From Paramecium tetraurelia (lineage: Eukaryota): a DNA stretch of 64,000 nt. The stretch spans positions 496,001 through 560,000 of the forward strand of contig CT868041.1 in the NCBI GenBank assembly GCA_000165425.1, given 5' to 3'. The notes under the pieces were generated by a model. The model worked only from the letters and a program-made list of their open reading frames with translations, searched no databases and was not told the DNA's origin. The translations under genes and the position numbers were made by a program. Below, piece after piece: positions 51,718 through 64,000 of the stretch; position 1 is the first letter of the stretch; each line of letters opens with the position of its first letter.

Positions 51718-53601
51718 ATGAGAAAGATATTATCTTCAGCATTGGCAGTAAGTCTAAGAAGAACTCCTATAATGACTCCAAGATTAACTTAACGACTAGC
51801 TATCACCTTAGTGTCCCTTCCCCTTATTCGTTACAGTTTTTAAGTATTGCTTATAATTCGACATTAGACACTTAATCTGAATGATGCCTATGAAATATCT
51901 ATTCAGGATGATCTAAATGAAGGTGAAATGAGAGAAGTATAGGTGGGTCCAAAAAAAGAGGACGCTGTCTTAGTTTGCAAAGTTGACGGATAGATCTACT
52001 GTGTTTCAAATTCTTGTCCACATGTTGGTGCTCCACTTTCAGCTGGTTTTTTGGTAGGTGATAAAGTTAAATGCCCCTTCCATAATGCTAGTTTTTCTGT
52101 TAAAGATGGTGCTCACGAAGAAGGGCCAATGTTTAGAGGATTACAGACCTTCCCTGTTAGATAAGAAAATGGCTAATTAATAATAAGAGTGGAGAAAGAA
52201 TTATTAAATGCACCCAGAACACTTAATATGGCAACTAAGGGAGATGACCCTACACACATAGTCATTGTAGGAGGAGGGTATAATTATAATTAATAATGTC
52301 AGAGTATCAGGTTAAAGTGCTGCTGAGACCCTTCGTTAGGCTGGATTTAGAGGAAGAGTTACTATCATTACAGCTGAAGATGCATTACCTTACGATAGAA
52401 CACCTATGAGCAAGGTGTCATTTTTGGTTAAACTATAAGGATTACAAATAAGGCAATAATCATTTTATGAATAATACGGCATCGATGTAGTGACCAATAA
52501 AAGTGTCGATTCAATTGATATCAATAATCAGGAGGTGGTGATTGGAAAAGAGAAAATTCATTATGATAAATTATTGTTAGCCACTGGTGGTTAAGCTCGT
52601 AAGCCTTAATTGGATGGAGTAAACTTGAAAAATGTTCATACTTTTAGACAAATTAATGATTTATTATAAATTAGAGAAAAGGCTAAGACAGCTAAAAATA
52701 TTGTTATAGTTGGTGCCTCCTTCATTGGTATGGAAACAGCCTCAGCTATCAAAAAAGAATTGAAAGATTAGGTTAATATCACTGTTGTGGATAATTCATC
52801 TGTTCCATTTGAAAGAGTTCTTGGAACAGAAGTGGGAGCATCATTATAAAAATTGCATTAAGCAAACGGAATTGAATTTGAATTGTCTGCTGGAGTTAAA
52901 AGAATAGCTGGAGAAGATTCAGTCTCTAGAGTTGATTTATTGAATGGAAAATCTCTGTTGGCTGATTTAGTTATCTTAGGCACAGGAATCCAACCAAATA
53001 ATAAATTGGCTAAAGATCAATTGAAGGTATCTCCAAATGGAGGTATTGAAACTGATGTGTTCTTGAAGGCTGCCAAAAATGTCTATGCTTCAGGAGATAT
53101 TGCTAGTTATCCATATTGGGTTACTGGAGAATACGTAAGAATTGAGCATTAGAATGAAGCCATTAGATAAGGGTAAATAATATTGAATATTATCGTAGAT
53201 TTGTTGCAGCTCTGAATATTTTAGGTAGACCAACTCCATTAACTGATGTACCATTCTTTTGGACTAGATAATGGGATAGAACATTGGCTTATAGTGGAGT
53301 AGGATAAGGGTTCGATGAGGTGATAATTGATGGTGATTTAAATCAATAGAAATTCATTGCTTATTATGCTAAGAAAGGAAGAATCGTAGCTTCAGCCAGC
53401 ATGAACACTCCAAATGTTTATATATATTTATAATTTAAGGCTTAAATGATTATATCTGAGGCTTTAAGACTTAATGTAATGCCAAGTGCTTAAGAATTGA
53501 AAGATAATAAGACTACACTGGATGAAATCAAGAAGGTAGTTTTAAGCAAAGGAACTTCATGTCATTGCAAACGTTCAGGATAATGTTAAGCATAATTGTG
53601 A
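51718..53601 (+). CDS. AIF-like (AIFM3-type) Rieske 2Fe-2S plus FAD/NAD oxidoreductase
   Basis: Rieske CPHVGAPL..CPFHNASF; VIVGGG..AAETLRQ..PYDRTPMSK; LLLATGG; VGASFIGMETA; VYASGDIA; VPFFWTRQW. Presequence-like N-terminus. Confidence 0.93.
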
Positions 53602-53650
53602 GTATGAAATTATTAAATCAATTGATTAATTAAAATAATAAAACGTGTTT

Positions 53651-56133
53651 ATGATGTTAGTAATACTCTTGATGATCATGCAGATATTTGCATCCAATAT
53701 TGACGTTTAAATATCATATATCGATGCTTCTTTAATAAACATTCATTGGTGTAGCGATACTGTATTGGCACTCACTTCAAAGGGATCTGTATACAGAAGC
53801 GATGATCGTGGCCGTCAATGGACCAAAATGTCTGAGATTTTCCATCGTAAAGCCCTAATTCAGCTTGAGGATGCTGGTGATAGAGTTGGAATAGTAAACA
53901 ATTTGGTTGCTAGTCCGGTTGATAAATAACTCATTCTTTTTACAGGAACCGATTAAATTGCCTGGGTATCACTTGATTGTGGTAAAACTATCACAGCAGT
54001 TAATGCAGGTAAGCAATTGAGGGAATACTAATTTCATCCAATAGAAAAAGATTGGATTCTAGCCTCTGCATGGAAACAATGTGGTTCAGATGAACTTCTT
54101 GCTGGTAAACCTTGTGTTTCATACAAGGAGCTTCTGTTAAGTCAGGATACAGGTATTACCTGGCTTTCCATAGCTACATATGTTAATCAATTTAGTTGGG
54201 GTGTCAAAAACAAAGACATGGCCAAGTATACTCCAAAAGAACGAATTCTAGCTTCATTTGATCCTCAAGGAAGGGGACATTAATCAATTAGCAGTTGGAA
54301 TATGGATGCCAATTTATATTACAGCGATGATTTCTTTTAAACTCGTACTTTAAGTGTACCAGCCGGTTCAAGATTTTTGTTGACAGAATCCTTCCTATTT
54401 GTAGCTAAAGTCACATCTTAATACACTTAAGAGGTTAGTTTGTATGTCAGTGGCACTGAATTAGGATAATATAAATATGCAATTATTGATGCTGATTCAA
54501 AATTATTAGAACACTCTTATAGCATTTTGGATACCTCAGAAAATCAAGTTTTCATGGTTGTTAATCATTTGAAGCCATCCTCTCCTTTGGGGGTAATTTA
54601 TATAAGTGATTCTACTGGTACAAGGGTATTCTAGATCTCTGGAGAATGTGGCCAGATTAGAAAACAGTGCAGAGTTCTATAGAGTTCAAGGATTAGAAGG
54701 AATTTATTTGGCTAATGTTTATGCTGAAGATCAAGCTAAAATATATTCTCATCAAGTCTTAGAAGCTATGGAAGAAGGATTCTATGCTTAATAAAATGGA
54801 TTTAAAGATGAAGACTTGAAGAAATACAAATAAACAAGGATTACTTTTGATAAAGGTGGTTAATGGGTTCCATTAAAGGTATAATTATAAATTTATGATT
54901 AGCCACCCACAGTTGATGCAGATGGAAAACCAATTAATTGCAATAAGTGTTAGTTACATATTCATCTTAGTTAAGCCTTTTATTAATTTGCACCAATCTA
55001 TACTTAAACCAATTCAATAGGAGTAATTGTGGCTACAGGATCTATTGGGAAATATTTAAGTTACAGACAGGATCAAGTAAATACGTATTTGAGTAGAGAT
55101 GGTGGTTTAACTTGGATTGAAATTAAAAAGGGTTCATATATTTATGAAATGAGTAATCATGGAGGATTGATTGTTATGTCTAAAGATTAAGAGACAACCA
55201 ATCAGATAGTCTACTCTTGGAATGGTGGAATAGAATGGGCTCCATTCAATTTTTTAGATTAAAAAGCAGAAATATAAAATATTCTTACTGAGCCTTAGAA
55301 TAAAGGAACTAGGTTTATAGCATACGGTTCTATCTAATTAGAATCTAATGGTATCAAAACTGAATAGGGATTGCTTGCTACTATAGATTTAGATGAATTG
55401 CATTAGAGGAATTGTATTGGTTAAGATAAACCAGGAGAAGTAGGTAGTGACTATGAATTATGGACACCTTCTGGTTTAGTTAATCCTGAGTGCTTATTCG
55501 GTAAAAAGGTAACTTATATGAGAAAAAGAAGAGAAGCAGCTTGTTATAATCCAGATACATTAGAAAAAATCATAAGTGTCATACCATGCCAATGTTCATA
55601 AGAAGATTATGAATGCGATTTAGGTTTTGTGATGAGCAATTAATAATGTGTACCAATAGATGGTACCATCAATATTGATCCACCTGCTGAATGCAATGGA
55701 TATTATACAGTTTCAAGTGGATATCGAAAAATAGCAGGAGATATTTGCGAGGGTGGATTAGAACACCCTTCAATGAGATTTGGCTGTCCTAACAATAAAG
55801 GTTGGATATTTGATTGGCTTGTTATTGGAGGAATCCTATTTGGATTGTATTGGGTTTATAATAACTAAGATAAAGTCAAAGAATATTTTACTAAATCTGA
55901 AATGACTCAACTACCTCAGTCTAAATCAGATGTATTTACATATATATTATCATTAGAAACTAATTAAGCAATTGTAGTAGAAATAATCAAAGCAATAGTA
56001 ATAATAGTAACAATAGTATCAACCTATTAACCTTGAACAAAACGACTCCTAAGATTAGAAATTCGAGGAAGAGTTGATTGAAAAAGAAGAAAATGTTTTA
56101 ATAGAAGATGATGGTTCTCATGAGTTGATTTGA
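53651..56133 (+). CDS. Sortilin / VPS10-domain receptor
   Basis: Signal peptide; Asp-box/BNR repeats (SDDRGRQW, SQDTGITW, TFDKGGQW, SRDGGLTW); 10CC region (CQCSQEDYECDLGF, SGYRKIAGDICEGG); TM; acidic tail ending EDDGSHELI. Confidence 0.96.
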
Positions 56134-56298
56134 TTATTAATTATAATTATTTGACTGTTATCCATTTATTTAATCCTACAATTAAATACTGTTTCATTTG
56201 CATTGATAATAGTATTTTTAATATAAATTAATTATACTTTCTAAGAAATTGGTTTGTATTAGTTGATATTGATGTTTTTGATTAAATGCTTTATTGTA

Positions 56299-57057
56299 TC
56301 ATTTTTTAACCTTCTTTTTCTTCTTGTTGCTTTCTGATTCACTCTCTTCTTCCTCACTATATTCCTCATCTTCTTCGTCATCAGATATAGAGAAACTGTC
56401 GTCATCCTCGTCATCTACCTACAATTGTTTTATTTAATAATACTTCTTCTTCTTCTTCATCTTCTTCCTCCTCATCGTCTTCATAAATTTCAGTCTTTTC
56501 TTTAACAACCTTACCTTTCTTGTCCTTTCCATCCAATGCCTTTAATTTTGGCAATAAATCCCAGACTTTAGATGTAAAGTTTTCTACATCACAAACTGGA
56601 TTTTTATCTAGAAATAAGTGTGTTAATTGGTCAAGTTATTTTAATTGCTCAATTTCCTAGTGGATAATGGATGGGTTAATACATTGAATTCTTTGATTTA
56701 ATTCTTCTTCAAATTCAAAAATGTCAAAGATGGAAATTTCTAAACTATCAATTTTACGCATCCATCTTCTAAAGCATTTTCTTCCAAATTCAATGAATTA
56801 ATATTTTTATACTCAGAGAGATTATTTAAGGATTGTATTTTGCATCTCTAAAATCCCAATTATTCTAACCATATTATAAATGCTATACATATGTTTGGAA
56901 ATGTTTTTAAATACTCATCAATCTCCTTGTTAAACTCTTGAATCTGAATACCTTAGAAATGCAAGGAATTTATTTTAGAATCATTCTGTCTTGACTAAGA
57001 ACGTCTTTATTTCTGAATTTGCTCTAAGATTTTATTCTTTTATGAGCTTCCCTTCAT
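56299..57057 (-). CDS. ANP32-like acidic leucine-rich nuclear phosphoprotein
   Basis: LRRs (INSLNLEENAL, LTFLNLKKNQI, LTHLFLDKNPVC), LRRcap VWDLLPKLKALDGKD, D/E tail and terminal KKKKKVKK NLS. Confidence 0.85.
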
Positions 57058-57119
57058 TTTTTGATTAAGATGATATTGTGATAACAGATAATATTAAATT
57101 TAATAAAATGTAAATAATA

Positions 57120-58340
57120 TTATAGCTTGAACTGCATCATTCGAATCTTTGCCAATATGCTACAATCTAATCTTGCCATTTTATTTAATAATAAAAATTA
57201 GGATTTTGTTAATATCTTCCACGAAATCCTCATACTAACTTAAACCTCAAACTTAGAACTCATCTAATCCCCAAAGGACATTGATCTTATATAGATTAAG
57301 CTTGCTGATTCCTTTCAAATTGACTTCATGCTCCTCATATTAAGCCTAAAGTATTCAAATTTCAATACTACCCTAATAAAACCCTTAGAAATTGTTATAT
57401 CTATTATAAAGAAGTGAACTGATCCTTTTTAGATTATAAGATTAATATCAATTGAATTTGGCAATATAATATTAAAACTTCCATTTATAAATATTTCATT
57501 ATAATCAATGGATATTTATAAATTATACTAATATAAATAATTATGTATGTTTTGTCCAATCAATGAAGAATTATTATGATAGGAATATAAAACATTTAAT
57601 TCCAATTAATGAAGATGAAAATATCTAATGCAGAGTTACTCAGATAGATAAAATGATAGGTGAGTTATTATAGTTCATCTAATCATTATAAAATCAATCT
57701 AACATAAGAAAATTTCAAGAACAAAAATATTTAGAAGATTTAATAAATACTTTGGAAGCAAGATTATTTAACATATTATATTTTCCTCATTAGAAGTTTC
57801 TTCTTTTAAAAATACAACATAATTGATAATCATTGAGATGTGGCCATAAAGCCTTTAGAGATTTGTTATATCTATAGTTTAACATATTGGTTATAATTAT
57901 CTTAAAGATGATTGAGTAATACATATAACTTAAATGCTAGAAAAAATTCAATCTAAAATTAAATGTAAAATGATGGTGACTTACAATCCGTTATGATAAT
58001 TAAATAGAACATCATAAAAATAGAAAGCAAAAATTATATTGAATTCGTCGAATTCATTAGAAATATTAGGCATCATTTAACATAAAAAGGATAAAAAAGG
58101 CTATTCCAAGATAATTTTCCAATTTCACATAGTTTTACTAAAATGAATGGTTGGGAAAAGATGTATTCATGATTAATAAAGATGTTTTAAGGATAAGTGA
58201 GGTTTAAAATGTTCTGCTATTAAACAAACATCTTATTAGTAATTGATGAGTTTAAATGAAAAAGTTATGTGAATCAATTATATCATTTATTAAATATCAA
58301 AGATATTAATCATATCGAATTATAGGTTATGATTATCTTA
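57120..58340. pseudogene. Coding-like but broken frames on both strands (probable gene relics)
   Basis: Minus ~57120-57480 and plus ~57560-58330 show codon-like text with TGAs or frameshifts; no consistent spliced model was found. Confidence 0.3.
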
Positions 58341-58438
58341 TTTATTAATATTTTCTTGTAATGGATTATGTTTGAAAAAACAGGCTTACCAAAATAATTT
58401 AATACTTTACTGTTGCATATTTAATATTAATTTATTAA

Positions 58439-61050
<2,612 letters not shown>

Positions 61051-61095
61051 AATAAATTATGAAGGTTTCTGACTTTAACTTAAAATTATAAATAT

Positions 61096-62631
61096 TCACG
61101 CTTAATTTTTCAATTAAACAACAATGCAAGTTATGTCATCCCGAGCTAAGCTATGTTTTTTCCAGGAATTGATAGCCTCAGCCATAAGTTTATCAGCAGC
61201 TAAATCGATATTATCCTTTTCAATATATGGAACCACAACATTCATCACCTTAATTATTATTTTAAGCTAATACTTCCTCATTAGTAAGATATTCCCAAAC
61301 CCCATCAGAGGCGACTATTATAAATTGATCTTAAGGAGTGATTGTATATTCAAGTATTTCAGGAACACTAATAACACCAGCCTATGCTCCTAATTTGTCA
61401 CCCATGCTTCTTGTCATGGCTAATCCAGGAGCATCTATGTATTATAACCAAACTCTTTCTGGTCCTAGTTGATTACCATAAAAATCTAGGATATATCATT
61501 TTATTTTAACCTCTTTAACTATCAATTCTACCTCCAGCTTCAATAATTCTTTACTTCTCTTATTCATCAGATGGTTTATGATCTCTTGTCAATTAAATTG
61601 CTTTCCATCCATCTTAATTTCTACATAAAATTGCTCTACTGTCACCGACATTGGCAGTCCACAATTACTCTTTTCTTATTAGAACTGAGACAGCTGTAGA
61701 TCCAGATAAGGTTGTATCGAACTCACTTTCATTTATTTCTTTATTGGTTTTCTCAAAAGCTACAGTTAAACATCTTTCTATATCTCTTCCTAACTATTGA
61801 AATTATTGTTCTATATATTTGGGTAATATTTATTTAATTAAGTTTGAAACTAAATGTCCATTTGTGCCATGTCCATCACATACTGCAATTAAGGAACAAT
61901 TGTAACTTTCTAAATAGTCTTAACAATTTACTGCTCTAAATTGTTGGGAAATAGGATGGCAGCATCCTAATTGGTTTTCAATGTTTTATTTGGTAGACAC
62001 CCAGCTTTGGTCTTTGAAGCAAACAGTCCACCTTACCATGTTTTTGCCATCAATCTTCTTTTGTTTAAGACTTATCTTTCAGGACTAAATTGTTGCCTCC
62101 TTTCAGGTGTTACTGAAGAATAGTGAGGCTTTGGAGTCTCTTCATCCAATTGCTTTGGACTTCTTGCTTAAGGACCATTGGAACTATGTTTTTATTTTGG
62201 AACTTCACTCTTTGCATCTAACTTGGGCAATCTATTTAGTATTCTAAGACCATTTCCATAGTTTGCTATGTTTACCAACTTCTACTCTAAACAATAATAT
62301 TTCTTTTAAGTACAAGGCTCATAATTAGAGATTTCTTGTTTCTTTATTCCTGGCAAGGAAGGCAAAGACACCTTTCCATTTTGCTTTGCCTCTTATTCTT
62401 CATTCTTGTATCTTTTTTGGCCCAATTATTTTTATATTCTACTTTGATCTATTTAATCAGATTAAGGATGTCTCGGAGGTTTTAGGGAACTGTACTCTAA
62501 AATTTAAATGCAATCACAATTAATAATATGGATAGTATGGTGAATTTATGAGGAAAGGTTGTGATACCTATCGATGAGCTCAGCTTTGGTTTTTGATCAG
62601 ACTACTATAATTGTTAGCTTTATGCTAACAT
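61096..62631 (-). CDS. Protein phosphatase 2C (PPM family)
   Basis: NQDAAI, AVCDGHGTNGH, SGSTAV, ANVGDSRAIL, DHKPSDE, PGLAMTRSMGD, IVASDGVWE, RDDITCIVV. Confidence 0.96.
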
Positions 62632-62677
62632 TTTAATTAATTATATTGATTAGATATTATATATATATATAACACAT

Positions 62678-64000
62678 TCATTTGTGTGCCTTAACGCCTT
62701 TGAGGGCACCTGACTTCTTTGAAAATACTTCTTCAAATGCCTTGCTAGCTTGATTCTTGAATCTTTTATTGAGAGCCTAAAATTAGAGATATGAATTTAG
62801 ATTACTTTCGGATTTAATTATATGAAAGCAAATGGTTCTGGTCTTCCTTTTACAGTTACATCACCACCAGCCTTTTATTTAGATTTAAACGTGGATCCAC
62901 TTTCTTTTACCACATGAACAACATCCTTAGTTTTTCGATCATTTCTTGTTATTTTCTTTTGAGCATGCTCTTCATCATCACTATTCACAGCCTCTCTCCT
63001 ACGCTTCTAACCCAAAACCTCCTTCTATTCATTCACAATGACCTTACCATCCTTATACTCAACCAAAGGTTAAACTGTAGATTGCTTTTGTTATTCCTTC
63101 TCTTACACTTTCTTTTTTTGTTTTATTGCATCCTCAAAATGGAATTATTCTTTCTTAAAATCATACTTTAACAACAGATTGTTTTCAACTTCTGCTTCAG
63201 TTTCCATGCCACCTTACTATTATTTTGGCTTTGCATCTAATTCTTATTCAGATTCTTCATCACTTTCAAGATCAGAATCCTTTTGTTTTTTTTGTTTCTT
63301 TTCCTACCATTTCTATTTATTTAATTCTCTCTCCTAGTCTCTTTTGTTTTTCTTTTTTTTCTATTATCTCTCTATTTTTATAGCATTCTTATATAATTTA
63401 ATGTGCTCTTGTGGAATTAAACTTTCAGATGAAGGATATGCTTTACTAAGTTTCATTAACAATCTTTTTAAAATTATAATGTTCTTGTCTCTTGATACCT
63501 CATCCACATTAAGCAATTAAGTGAAAAGCTAATGAATTCAATGTATGTCTATGTTTGATCAATACCTTCACATATAATATAATGGATTTAAAAATCTCAT
63601 TATTTTATTCTTTTAACAATAATAAAATTAACTTAGACATCTCATCTATGAATTCTCCTTTCAAATTTGAGTAGAATTTATCAACTAATAGTGAAATTGT
63701 AGCCACAGCATCAGCTTTCATTACATTTGATTATGCTGCCAATCCTGCAAATACCATTGATATAAATTAGTCTAATAGATCCAATCCCAATAATCTCTAC
63801 CCAATATTTTCTATCAACTTTTCAGCCAAAATACGAGTCTTAATATTATTATCTCTAATTGCAACTACCATTTCAGGTAAGAACTACTAGATAAATGTTT
63901 AATAGCTATCTAATTTAGGTGTTACAAATTATTCCAATAGTAAAATTACTTAAAATCTTTTTTATCGAGAACTAGGCTCACATTCTGCTTCTAATACTAA
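62678..64000 (-). CDS. RRP12: RRP12-like ribosome biogenesis HEAT protein (C-terminal part)
   Basis: IRVLAEKLIEKYW; acidic region; SGSTFKSKQKAGGDVTVKGRPEPFAFIQLNPKALNKR matches the RRP12 C-terminal motif. Confidence 0.85.

Noticed and set aside
62914..63171. 85-aa hydrophobic plus-strand ORF
   Set aside because: Antisense of the RRP12 charged region.

Overview
This is AT-rich, gene-dense eukaryotic DNA that reads cleanly only in the ciliate nuclear code (TAA/TAG = Gln, TGA the only stop). Introns are about 20-30 nt GT..AG and intergenic gaps are often under 60 nt. That fits a Paramecium macronuclear chromosome; the species cannot be determined from this window. The supplied ORF track treats TAA/TAG as stops, so it is mostly fragments or antisense shadows. 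By manual translation there are about 40 genes. Recognisable products: Kelch protein, RPN5, Brr6/Brl1, COX15, a small-Tim-like protein, two cNMP-binding proteins, a sorting nexin, a tandem-FHA protein, a DHHC enzyme, a TBC-TLDc protein, two tandem secreted CHAP (Gsp-amidase-like) genes, a TauE/SafE transporter, a SAPS-like protein, RPL17, mitochondrial IF3, an ODA-docking-like coiled coil, a calmodulin-like protein, SPATA17, malectin, an F-box protein, MetAP1, an AIF-like oxidoreductase, sortilin, ANP32, a Ser/Thr kinase, PP2C and RRP12. There is also a candidate C/D snoRNA, a ~74-nt fold-back and a few probable pseudogenes. The best leads are the secreted CHAP pair with a Cys-rich N-module, the two-Cys Tim-like gene head-to-head with COX15, the EF-hand/IQ divergent pair, the FHA protein with a Ser/Thr repeat array and the snR72-like snoRNA. 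All calls come from reading motifs by eye with no database search. CDS coordinates span start to stop including introns.
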